Assembly: GCF_964355755.1 (NCBI RefSeq)
Contig: NC_092673.1
Location: 22,007,648 to 22,071,647 of the forward strand
DNA from: Antedon mediterranea
Lineage: Eukaryota > Animalia > Echinodermata
DNA length: 64,000 bases
Direction of reading: 5' to 3'
The position numbers and the translations under genes are program-made. Under the pieces are notes generated by a model, which was given only the letters and a program-made list of their open reading frames with translations, had not been told where the DNA came from and did not search any database. Below are positions 36,409-47,095 of the stretch, one piece after another; the first letter of the stretch is position 1; each line of letters begins with the position of its first letter.

Positions 36409-39400
36409 CTAAGCAGTATAATATTTAGATATATAATGATTCTTTAACTTTTTTCGGAAAGTAAATAATGATATTGACGTTTTGATATTTGGTGGGATAT
36501 GATTCCACAAATTAGGACCTGATATAGTTATAAAAAATTTAGTTTTTGTAAGTCTAGCAAAAGGAATGTTTAAATGAGAAGTTCTTAAATTGTAATTGTG
36601 AAATTTGGTACGTTTACAGAGCATATCAATCATAGAAATAGGAAGTTGGTTTTTAAAATAATTAAACATAAAACTGGCAACTTGAACATTGTGGATATCC
36701 GTTAATTTTAATATACCAAGACGTTTAAAAAGGGGTTCAGATGAGGTTCTATATGGTGAAAAAGTAATAATTCTAGCTGCACGTTTTTGTAATTTAGTTA
36801 ATCTAGCAATATTAGAAGAGTAATCTGCAGCCCAAATAATGTTACAATACTGGAAATAAGGAAGTACAAGTGTGTTATAAAGAGAAATTAAAATATTTAG
36901 AGGGAAGAAGTGCTTAAGTCTGTTAATAATACTAATAGATCTTGATATTTTTTTCGAAACGTAATTTTGATGACTGGTCCATTTGAGGTTTTCATGAATA
37001 TATACACCTAAAAAAAGTGTTTCAGTTTTGCGTTCAATTTGAATTCCGCCAAGAAGTATATTTAGGTCATCAACTTTTAGTTTACGTTGAGAATTGTGAA
37101 AAATTAAATAATTTGTTTTAAGAGTATTAATAAGTAATTTGTTTGAAATAAACCAGTCACAAAATTTTGTTAATTCATCATTGAATGTAGTAAATAATAA
37201 ATCAATATTGGAATTAGAGTAAAATAAGGTGGTGTCGTCGGCGAAGGATATTACTTGCAATTTGTTACTGACATTAGCCAGATCATTAACATAAATAAGG
37301 AAGAGCAATGGCCCAAGCACAGATCCCTGTGGCACTCCGCAAGTAATATCCATCGTCGACGATGTACAAGATCCTAATGCAACATATTGTTTTCTATCTT
37401 TCAAATAACTATTAAACCAATTCAATGAAATACCTCTAATTCCATAGCACTCAAGTTTTTTAATTAAATTATCGTGATTAATAACATCGAAGGCCTTTGA
37501 AAGATCAATAAATAAACTTAATAAATTTTCTTTTGATTCAAATGAATTTGTAATATTATTAATAAGATCTAAAACGGCATGGGATGTAGAGTGATTTTTT
37601 CGAAAACCATATTGGCGTTTATTAAGTATATCAAATTTTGTGAGATAATCAGAAAGTTTAGAATACATGAGTTTTTCAATAATTTTGGAAAACACTGAAA
37701 GTAGTGATATTGGCCGGTAATTAGATAATTGACTTCGTTCACCTTTCTTGAAAATGGGCACAACTTTAGCTAGTTTTAAGTGTGTTGGAAAAGTGCCAGA
37801 TAAAAAAGATGAATTTATACAATGGGTAAGTTGGTGGATGATTAAGGGAGATACAGATTTTAAGACACGAGCAGTAATACCGTCAGATCCAGACCCTTTA
37901 TTAGAATTTAGATTGTATATAGTTAGGTTAACATCACCAATTGAAACTGGGCTAATATAAAATGAGTTGGCAAACGCAGAATGAAGATAAGATAATGGAT
38001 CAGTTATATTAGTTGGCATACTATTAATAAGATTAGGACCAATTGTAGAAAAATAGTTGTTAAACGATTCACATATCTCTTTTTGAGTTTTGTAAATATT
38101 ATCACCGTCTTTAATTAGATTCGGGTGCTTGTTATTATTATTACCTTTATTTAAAACAGAATTTATTACAAGCCATGTGTTCTTCAGATTACCTTTATAT
38201 CTATCAAACTGGGAAGTATAATAATTCTTTTTAGCAGTGCGACAAAGATTAGTGAAAATATTATTATATTTGGTATAGTTTAATTTGCCATTATTACTAC
38301 GTGTGTGCATATATTTGTTATAAAGTTTATGTTTCCGAGAACTACATTTTAAGAGAGCAGATGACATCCATGGTTGTTTAAACGTTTTATTTGATTTTAT
38401 ACTACTTTTAACCAAGTGTCTGGAGTGGATATTTGTAAATTTTTCAATAAATATATCAAAACTCAATCTTGGGTCACAATCAAATATCATAGACCAGTCT
38501 TCACCTTCTAAATCAATCGATAAGGCATTTAGGTCGTTTATACGAAATGAATAGTTGGCGCTATTATCATCAAGGTTTTGATCATTAATTTCTTGATCAA
38601 TGAACTGAAATATAGGAAGGTGGTCGGAGATATCATTAAGTAAAACACCAGCAACTATTTTATAGTTAGATTGTTTGGAATAAAAATGATCAATCAAGGT
38701 GGCCGAAGTTGAGGTAATCCTAGTTGGTTTTGAAATAGTTGGAAAAAAAGAATGGGAAATTAAGGTATTTAGGTAGGTGTTTGTTAATTTATGGTTATGG
38801 AATTTTAATAAATCAATATTGAAGTCTCCCATGAGATGACAATTTTTGTTTTCATTGTTAATTTGGGTTAATACATTATCGACGGATTTAGTAAAAGAAT
38901 CTAGCCCTCCACAGGGGGCTCTGTAAATAATGCCTATAATATCATTTTTTGTCTTTGAATTTTCAATCTCAACAAAAAGTGATTCGGAAAGGTCGTCTGG
39001 TAATTTTAAGTCATTTCGAATTGTAATGCTAATATCATTACGTATAAAAAATGCAACTCCTCCGCCAATTTGATTATTGCTTCTATTGCTTGCAAAGAAG
39101 GAGTAGTTATTAATGAAAGGAATAGGGGAGTTTTCATTAAGCCATGTTTCACTGATACCGATTATGGAAAATTTGTTATTAATTGAATTCAAAAGGCATT
39201 CGAGATCATTAACTTTATGCGTAATACTTCTAATATTAAGATGCAGGAGAGATAGTTTAGTATTAAAGGATGTATTAAACTTAGAATTAAATTGTGAATA
39301 ATCATAAAAGCTGCATTCATCTAGGGTAACTGACTGTGAATTGAGATTATTAATTAGTTGATCAAAAGATTCATCATATTTGTCATTTTCATTGTAATTA

Positions 39401-39501
39401 ACTGGATTAAAGGTTATGTTAGAAATATCATTGTTGTTAGTAAGTTCAGAGTTCACATTAAAGTCATAAAAAGGAAGTAAGTGAAGATAATTAACATTCA
39501 T
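36409..39501 (-). CDS. LINE ORF2p: apurinic-type endonuclease + reverse transcriptase (1030 aa from first ATG)
   Basis: APE motifs LNIRS, SETW, IYRAP, GDFN, LIDH and SDHLP; RT motifs YRPISLL, QYGFR, DLSKAFD, GVPQGSVLGP and FADD. Uninterrupted. The ORF-track start at 39507 is a TTG. Confidence 0.97.
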   Translation of the reverse strand: MNVNYLHLLPFYDFNVNSELTNNNDISNITFNPVNYNENDKYDESFDQLINNLNSQSVTLDECSFYDYSQFNSKFNTSFNTKLSLLHLNIRSITHKVNDLECLLNSINNKFSIIGISETWLNENSPIPFINNYSFFASNRSNNQIGGGVAFFIRNDISITIRNDLKLPDDLSESLFVEIENSKTKNDIIGIIYRAPCGGLDSFTKSVDNVLTQINNENKNCHLMGDFNIDLLKFHNHKLTNTYLNTLISHSFFPTISKPTRITSTSATLIDHFYSKQSNYKIVAGVLLNDISDHLPIFQFIDQEINDQNLDDNSANYSFRINDLNALSIDLEGEDWSMIFDCDPRLSFDIFIEKFTNIHSRHLVKSSIKSNKTFKQPWMSSALLKCSSRKHKLYNKYMHTRSNNGKLNYTKYNNIFTNLCRTAKKNYYTSQFDRYKGNLKNTWLVINSVLNKGNNNNKHPNLIKDGDNIYKTQKEICESFNNYFSTIGPNLINSMPTNITDPLSYLHSAFANSFYISPVSIGDVNLTIYNLNSNKGSGSDGITARVLKSVSPLIIHQLTHCINSSFLSGTFPTHLKLAKVVPIFKKGERSQLSNYRPISLLSVFSKIIEKLMYSKLSDYLTKFDILNKRQYGFRKNHSTSHAVLDLINNITNSFESKENLLSLFIDLSKAFDVINHDNLIKKLECYGIRGISLNWFNSYLKDRKQYVALGSCTSSTMDITCGVPQGSVLGPLLFLIYVNDLANVSNKLQVISFADDTTLFYSNSNIDLLFTTFNDELTKFCDWFISNKLLINTLKTNYLIFHNSQRKLKVDDLNILLGGIQIERKTETLFLGVYIHENLKWTSHQNYVSKKISRSISIINRLKHFFPLNILISLYNTLVLPYFQYCNIIWAADYSSNIARLTKLQKRAARIITFSPYRTSSEPLFKRLGILKLTDIHNVQVASFMFNYFKNQLPISMIDMLCKRTKFHNYNLRTSHLNIPFARLTKTKFFITISGPNLWNHIPPNIKTSISLFTFRKKLKNHYISKYYTA

Positions 39502-39680
39502 TAACAATAGCTGCGTATAGCGTTATCTAAAAAACAAATACAGCAATAAGCATGCATGAGACTGTATACATTAATACATAATTAATGAGAAGCAAAATAA
39601 ACAATTCTTGAAATAAAAATATATTATAGGTAATATTTCGGTTGACGGTAAGTAAAGTTAAATTATTGCGACGACTAGAA

Positions 39681-40529
39681 TTACTCAGTAGCTACGGGGG
39701 CATGTGCTTCCTTGAGGTTCGGGTAGTATTTGGCAAGATGATCCATGTCGATGAATGTGCGAACATAACCATTTGCATCTATGTAACGCAATTTGTCAAG
39801 GTGGAGCCAGGCCTTTACTTTGTTGGAATGCAGGTATTTCATCGATGAGTATAATGCCTTTCTTCTACTTATCACTCTGCTGGTAAAATCATTATTTACG
39901 TAGATGTTATTATCTTTAAATTTAGGTCTCACTTTTGGAGCTGCCTTGCGTACTCTTTCTTTAGTGGAATATCTGAGAAAGTATGCAACAAGTGGTCTCG
40001 GTTTATCCCTGGTGGTATTACGTGGTCCAACTCGATGGGCTCGTTGTATATCATCATTAGCGATTTTGATGCCGGTGGTATTGGAAATAAATGAGGAAAG
40101 GAAATTAACAGTACCTTCACTATCCTCCGCTTGTTCGGGTATGCCAGTAAACCTCAGATTGTTACGGCGTTGACGTCCTTCTAGGTTGTCGATTTTGTCG
40201 CGTATCTCTTCTATGCATTCCGTAGTGGATTGCTGCGTATCCTCGGCAATATCCTTCAGCTTAACATCCATGAAATCAGAATTTTCCTGCATATCGGCGT
40301 GCAAATTCCTCAGTTCTTTTTGTAAACCGGTGATTTCAAGATTGAGGATGGTAATGTCTTTTTCCAAGGAGACAATCTTGGTGACTGCGTCGCATAATGT
40401 AGATTTAATATCAGCAATGGTTTTGCAGCCCATGATTGACTTGATGAGAGTCGACAGCCAGGTGTTCGGTTCAGCGGCGCTAATATTTAAATTAGAAATA
40501 TTTGGCTCTTTGTTTTCCACGTTGGCCAT
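39681..40529 (-). CDS. LINE ORF1p (coiled coil + L1-type RRM/CTD), 282 aa
   Basis: Heptad-rich N-terminal half, then RRNNLRFTGIPE, IQRAHRVG, PRPLVAYF and IYVNNDFT motifs typical of L1-like ORF1p. Confidence 0.93.
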   Translation of the reverse strand: MANVENKEPNISNLNISAAEPNTWLSTLIKSIMGCKTIADIKSTLCDAVTKIVSLEKDITILNLEITGLQKELRNLHADMQENSDFMDVKLKDIAEDTQQSTTECIEEIRDKIDNLEGRQRRNNLRFTGIPEQAEDSEGTVNFLSSFISNTTGIKIANDDIQRAHRVGPRNTTRDKPRPLVAYFLRYSTKERVRKAAPKVRPKFKDNNIYVNNDFTSRVISRRKALYSSMKYLHSNKVKAWLHLDKLRYIDANGYVRTFIDMDHLAKYYPNLKEAHAPVATE

Positions 40530-41073
40530 TGTAGATGTTTAGTTAGAATAAATAACAAAAGTGTACCTATATTTAATGCAACCGATAAGTTCACTATCCA
40601 GGTAGGTATACAGGTCTCATGCAGTTAGTAGCTTATCCTTGCAACATGCTATCACAGGTAAGCGAGTACTGTATCTAAAAACGTATACGTGTGAGAGCTC
40701 CGCTCAAACACGTCTGCACTCGACGAAGGACAGTCAATTGTGACAGTCGTTTCTTTCTAGAATTAAACGCACAAACTTGTATTGGGAATAATGTATGTGG
40801 TTATTACTATCGCATTTAGGTATTGATAATAATAATAATATGGCTTTTGAATATATAATTACTGTCTGTAGAATAACATTTATTTTATATGGGTTGTATT
40901 ATTGCTAAGCTATCACCAAATCGCGTTATAACATTATTTCTCAGGGTTTTTTGCCCCATTGTACCAAACGCGTATCGGTATTATAGTTTTTAATGAATCA
41001 TTACATTAATAAAAATACTCAATTAAATCAATCGCGTCAGTCCAATTCCGACTTATGTTTCGATCACATAGTT

Positions 41074-41227
41074 CTGTGTCTACACTGTCCCAACTAGTTT
41101 AACAAAAAAAGTGTGATGTGCCCAAATATGGTAGTGATATGCCCGATTATCGTAGTGATATGACATCGTCATGTCTATATAATATGGGCACATCATATTT
41201 AGTTTGATAGTATATATAGACAGAGCT
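41074..41227. mobile_element. Small MITE family member (related pieces at ~952-986 and ~61671-61785)
   Basis: TGTCTACACT...GTGATGTGCCCAAATATGGTAGTGATATG...GGGCACATCA...AGTTTGATAGT...AGACAGAGCT; the same motifs recur at the other two sites. Confidence 0.7.
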
Positions 41228-41254
41228 TAAGGATTATATTTAAAAAATGTTTTC

Positions 41255-41612
41255 TTACATTTTGAACGGAAGTATTTATTTGTTTATAAGCCCAATTTTC
41301 CAGTCTTAATTTTACATTTTGAAAAAAAGTATTTATTTGTTTATAAGCCCAATTTTCCAGTCTTAATTTTACATTTTGAAAAAAAAGTATTTTATTTGTT
41401 GATAAGCCCAATTGTGCAGTCTTATTTTACATTTTGAACGAAAGTATTTATTTGTTGATAAGCCCAATTTTGCAGTCTTATTTTACATTTTAAACGAAAG
41501 TATTTATTTGTTGATAAGCCGAATTTTCCAGTTTAATAATAATGACCCCTTCCACAGTGCGTATACCATATACATTTTACATGATATTGACCGTGGGTTC
41601 TTTACGCCTCTG
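41255..41612. repeat. ~53-bp tandem repeat (about 5 copies) plus tail; partial re-occurrence at 42080-42230
   Basis: TTACATTTTGAACGAAAGTATTTATTTGTTGATAAGCCCAATTTT.CAGTCTTA repeated head-to-tail. The tail AATAATGACCC.TTCCACAGTGC...CATGATATTGACCG is shared with 42174-42230. Confidence 0.9.
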
Positions 41613-42453
41613 ATGCATTTGTTTTTATTGTACCTTTTTAATAAATTATTATATGTTTAGGCCTAATCACACCCAATTTAATGAAACGGTCAGATTCCGA
41701 TTTCAATTGAACGAAAGTAGTACTGTATTTATTATTCATTGATAAGCCAAGGGTTCCATGGCGTTAGCCGATATCTTGAACATTTGACTCTTGTGTCAAC
41801 CTGTAACACAAATCATTCTTCAAAATCTAAAGAAAGAACCTCACACGTCTTTTTTGTGAGTGATACACTATGGATATGCCCACGGAAATAATATGTGGAC
41901 ATTACAAACAATCATAGGCCTACAGTAACAAACATAACATGGCTAATAAGCATAACATTCAGACTTGCTTGTTTTCTAGTGGATTTTTATTTACTTTAGC
42001 ATGTAGAATAAAACTAGTAACAGTGGCTATATTAATAATTATACTGATTATCCTTAATGTTATCGCGTCTAATAATAAAATATTTTGTTGTTGATAAGCC
42101 CAATTTTTCAGCCTTGATTTTACATTTTGAACGAAAGTATTTATTTGTTGATAAGCCCAATTTTGCAGTCTTAATAATGACCCTTCCACAGTGCATTTTA
42201 CATGATATTGACCGAGGGTTTTTACGCCTCTATAGCCACTGATCAATACCATAATTAATGTACTTTTTTAAATGAATATTGAAATGTTTCAACATACCCA
42301 ATTCAAAAAAACGGTCCGTTTTCGAGTTCAATCTTTTGATTAGAGAGGTTGGAGTTTCATTTTGAACGAAAGTATTTATTTGATTGATAAGCCAAATTTC
42401 TAGTCCTAATGATTTGAGATTCAACGGGTTTTGCTTTCAATTGTATAATAATA

Positions 42454-42491
<38 letters not shown>

Positions 42492-44420
42492 TAATATTAA
42501 GTATAATTATGAATTCACCAACACTTTCATATGGCGCGCCAAGCTGTCATTTATTCAAGCAATAGAGATATCTTAGTTTTTAATAGAGATATCTTAGTTT
42601 TTAATAGAGATATCTTATAAATAGAGACATTACTGTCATAAATGTTGAAACCACTTATAAAACCTTTTTTTTAAAGAAAATATAATTGTATTAGGAGAAG
42701 GCTAATTAACAAATAGATAATGTACAAACCTTTTTCTGGATTAATTAATGGAGCAGGCGTTCTGCTGCTGCTACCTAGACTGATTGTTCACCTTCTGACG
42801 ATAATTGATTGGACCCCCCACGGCATCTGATAACCAACAAAAAATTTACGAGGACTGTTTCAATGATTTAATATCTGACGGCGTATTATTATAACATTGG
42901 CCTAGATTGACAGTCAAAGAAAGTCATTGTAAATACCTCCCTTTATGTTGACAGAGCCAAAATAAAGTTTTGACCATTATCGAATGATTATTTGACAGTG
43001 ACTTATTATAATACCGGCCTGGTTGACAGCAAAAACGAAGTTATTATTTATTGATCAAGATTTTACAGATTTCCGTCTACATCTCAATAATACTGTATTA
43101 TCAGCAAAGGCTTTCATATAGACTCTCTTCTCCCAGACGTTTTTTTGGGTCCAGCAGCTACCTATAAATTATAGTCGAGTTTCCAAATTCACAAAACTGT
43201 CAGCCTTAGATACTAAAGCTACCGCTATGAAACAGCTTATTAATGAATGTGTCCTCCTGGGACATAGCTGGCTAGAGCCGCGGCGCGAAAATAAACAGAG
43301 AAATTAAAAGGAAAAAATTATTTAGAAAATTGTGATTTAGATCAATTCAAAATCACAATCAAATCAAAATTTAAAATAGCTTTTAATTAAACGTAAGACT
43401 ATAGAGACACAAATTATGAAAAACATTTAATATTAAACATACAAAATGGTCTATTTAAAGTTTTATTTTTTATTTACCTTTTTTAATTTTTTAAGGACAA
43501 TAAAATACATCTTAAAATAATCAAGAAGAATGACAATTAACAATTAGAAAGCAAATTGAAAAACAAAAAACACTATGAACTGGTCATATTGAATCATGGA
43601 ATTTATATTCAGTAAATCGTTGATGAAATCAGCACATGGTAATATTATACACAATCATTTAAAAGCAATCGAAATGGACCAAACATCCATCTGTAGTGAT
43701 TACCGTGTAAATCCAAGTAGAATATGTAATATTATGAATCATCTTGGAATCATCCATGCATATAAAATATTAATATATTCTACTGATGTTTTACCGTCTT
43801 TTGGGAGTAGTGTTAAGAATTTCATTGTAAATGTGGAATTGAATTTTTAACATTATCGTCTTCCTATAAAGGCAAATTAGGCATTTCCTCTTGTTTGATG
43901 ATAAACTGATGTTTTATAAATTAGATATAACCATATAAGACTTGATTTTCAAGTTATACTACTTACGGTTACCAGTAAATAATTTTAATTTGCTTTGCAA
44001 TGCTTTGTGTCACCGATTATTCTATATTTATTTCAAAACTATCTATATTTACAGTATCCTATCATCTCAGCAAGTTGGAAAACGTGAATGAAGGAAACAC
44101 AAATAAAATATAAATAAATTTTGTTATAAAATTACATGTCTATCTATTTAATGTAATTAATTATACCATTCATGTAAGTGAATGTAACATCTGTACAATA
44201 ATTTTACATATTTACCAACAATTTAAATTATAATGAGAAATCAGGTTGCCTGACAATTTTTTTCTACAAATGACGAAACTTTTTTTTTTTTTATTAGAAA
44301 CAAATCCATAGTTTCAAAAGCATTTTCTCATAATAATATACTTGTTTAAGAGGTTTAGATATAGAAATCAAATGTAGATATAAAGTTTGCAGTACACCGC
44401 ATGTCCAAAAAGCAGTTGAG

Positions 44421-44470
44421 TTTCTCGACGTTTCGATCAATACACTTTGATTGTCGTCAGGAGTGAGAAT
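44421..44470 (-). ncRNA. Degenerate minimal hammerhead ribozyme motif (Penelope-like element remnant)
   Basis: Minus strand CTC-CTGACGA-C-AATCAA-AGTGTA-TTGATC-GAAA-CGTC-GAG has the core boxes, stem II (5 bp plus a terminal mismatch), a palindromic minimal stem III and a short stem I. Confidence 0.5.
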
Positions 44471-44702
44471 ATAAGAACAATTAATACTTGAAATATTGCG
44501 TTTAATTGAAACATATTGTGTGTGCGAGAGTTTGGTGTTCACATCATCTTTATTATAATAATTGAGAATATGTCCTATTCTCAAAATGTCCATCGATCAT
44601 TATGAAGTGCGATTGTTTTTTTTTCCATTTATAATTTTTATTGATTTTTGCATAACATTAAAAAAAAAATTCAATTGTGACGGACCAGATTCAAATTATG
44701 GT

Positions 44703-44884
44703 GTCCAGAAACAACATCAAGACAAATGGTAGAAAAGGAGAACAGAGTTGGGATGGAAATCATGGAAGCAAGCCAAACCTGTGGCCAGGGACTGGGTGCG
44801 TTGACAGAGTAATCTTGTAGCCTTATGCACCAAAGAGCCCAAAGAAGATAGGTAGGTAGGTAGGTAGGTAGGTACGGTAGGTAG
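44703..44884 (+). mobile_element. 3' fragment of an RTE-type LINE with (TAGG)n tail
   Basis: Frameshifted remnant resembling P.TT.R..VEKE...LGWKSW..AK.VA.D......ALC....EDR directly followed by TAGG repeats. Confidence 0.6.
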
Positions 44885-46629
44885 ATTTAAATGTCTTGTC
44901 TGCTAATACCTTATTTTGTGCACGAACAATTTAAACTCGGAGTGAAAGGGACTCTCTAAACCCTTCTTCCTTACATTCTTAATTATTTAGTTTTATCAAA
45001 GCTAGGAGAAAGAGGAAGTAACAGTTCAAATGAACTCAGTACACCTTTAAAATAAGATTAGGAGATATGATGGTATATAGGTCTAAATAATTAAGTACAT
45101 AGATGAAAAATAAAAAGGATGAAAACATTTGCAAATATTTTTCCAAGGACCTTCAAAGGCTTTGACAACAACCTAACTGTACCACTCATCCTAATCTCGT
45201 TTAACTTTGACCTGTTGGTTGCACTTTCTACACAATACCATATAGTACACAATAATCATGCTTTGTTTACATTCTAAAAACAATAAGAGTCAAAATCCAA
45301 AACATTGCAGGTCAATTAGATCACAGTTATCATCATTCACAACCAGGCCAATATGGGTTGTATTGTAGGCCATATATCTGAAATGTAAAAACTGACATAA
45401 ATCGCTGATGAATTTTGGTGCCAGCAAAAATAATAAAAAATGGGTTGTTCATGTTAGATATACTATCAATTATATATTATCAATTATTATTTAATATTTA
45501 TTTATTCATTTATTTATTTATTTATTCTGTCTTTATACTGAATGACACTTTCAGTGCTAAAGCATTGATTTCCAAAGTGGTTCAATATACTTTTCTGACA
45601 GTCGCGTAACACCTAGAGTTAAAGAAAACTGCTCAGAAATAAGGAGGTGGAAAAATAAAATTCAAATACATAATTATTTTAAACCAATAATTACGAACTG
45701 ACAAAAATTCAAGAAAAAACACATATGAAATGCTTGTTTGATAAATAGGAAAAATGTGTGCCAAGTCAGTGATAGGCCTACAGTAGTTAGGTCTACAGTA
45801 CTACAGTAGATGCAACATTTGTAGTTCATCAAGCATCACAGCCAACGGCTCAAAAAACTAGTTTTATCAGCCTTGATCTTTTATGTCTTGTTTAAGGTAT
45901 TACCAATATCATCTTACCAACATTTAATATTCTTTATGAAAGTCAATCCCAAGTCTTTTTGCATACTTGTCACCTATATTAGTTATATTGTGCAACACAA
46001 TTTACAGGCTGAATGAACTTGGGCTAATTTAAAACTTCTATTGACACCTAGTTAAGATCAATATGGTTCTCAATTACCAACGGTCTTTATGAACTTTTAA
46101 ATTGAAACTTCACAGGGCTAAGCCTGGCACAAAAGATTCCCATGTTTATTTTTCTGTTGTCACAAGATGAAACAGGCTTTTGATGCCCATTTCTTAAGTA
46201 CACATTCTGCTTTTAAATTAAAACTTCAAAGAGCTTGCTTAGGACAATAGATGTTTATTTTTTTGTAGTTACTAAAACGAAACAAGTCTGTTATACCCTT
46301 TTCTGTATATACACACAATGGACTGTGTTTACTTTATGATCAATCCTTGTTCCTAAATAATGAACTTGCATTACTGTTGTACATGCTTAAAAATGACATT
46401 GAGACAAAAGTTGTTGACCTGATATTTAGGTCAAAGAAAAAATTAAAAACTTACAGTTTGAAAACATAATCATTAAAAATGTATAAACATTATTATTATT
46501 GTAAAATGAAGTGGTAATAATAATAATAATATTTATTGGTTACTCTCTATTAAAACGGAGGAACACTCTCGTAACAAGAGGTTCGACCCATACAAAATGT
46601 TTACAAATAAAGTCATACAGTTGATTGAA

Positions 46630-46915
46630 ATATATATTTATACTGGGTAACCTCTTCAGTCAAAGACTGGTCTCCCAGAGGGCCCAGTTGGTGATCAGTG
46701 GCTGTGATGTAACCTCCTACTCGTCTCGAAAGATGTACTAGGTTCTTTAAAGTGCACACGAGCAAGTTGTGTACACTGGACCTACGGTTTATAGTCCTTA
46801 TCCGAGAAGACTCGTTCTACCACCAGAACCATGGAGTGAGTGAGCCTCGAACCCCTGCCGATGTTATGGCTACGTGATTACGGTTCCACTGTCTTAACCG
46901 CTCGGCCACTCACCC
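46630..46915 (-). mobile_element. tRNA-derived SINE with Deu/Nin-type central domain (DeuSINE-like)
   Basis: A box TGGCCGAGCGG, B box GGTTCGAGGC, and core CTCGGATAAGGACTATAAACCGTAGGTCC...CACTTTAAAGAACC...GAGTAGG resembling the Deu domain (recognised from memory). A second copy is at 24675. Confidence 0.8.
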
Positions 46916-47057
46916 ACACAGTTATTACAATATATATAAATCCAAAGGCAAATAACTGAAAAAAATGACAATGCTGTGGGTATTAGTGGCTGGATCTCAA
47001 TGGAGATACAAAAAAAAAAGCAAAAAAACAATAAAGTAAAACAGCCAGAAAAGTTAG

Positions 47058-47095
47058 GAGAGCTTTTGGGCAACACTAGCCCTTCATCAGTGCAA
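47058..47095 (-). ncRNA. Degenerate minimal hammerhead ribozyme motif (Penelope-like element remnant)
   Basis: Minus strand GCA-CTGATGA-A-GGGC-TAGTGTT-GCCC-aAAA-GCTC has a perfect stem II, but GAAA is mutated to AAAA, so it is probably inactive. Confidence 0.45.

Larger units (their letters stand above)
35905..40727 (-). mobile_element. Full-length non-LTR retrotransposon, CR1/L2 group (Crack/Daphne-like)
   Basis: Has a 5' UTR, ORF1, a ~180-bp spacer, ORF2 (APE+RT), an AT-rich 3' UTR with stem-loop, AATAAA (35933-35928) and a GAGTGA-type microsatellite tail. The 5' boundary is approximate and no TSD was found. Confidence 0.9.

Noticed and set aside
37569-40542. Small ORFs overlapping the LINE (e.g. 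40186..40542 +, 39904..40173 +)
   Set aside because: Antisense or off-frame shadows of ORF1/ORF2.
35880-40760. Target-site duplication for the LINE
   Set aside because: No convincing direct repeat found at the two ends by eye; the 5' boundary remains approximate.
41199-42424. ORFs and CRISPR-like periodicity in the 53-bp repeats
   Set aside because: Head-to-tail tandem repeat without spacers; the ORFs are repeat translations.
46835-46915. tRNA gene
   Set aside because: Has A/B boxes but no complete cloverleaf and continues into a SINE body found twice in the window.
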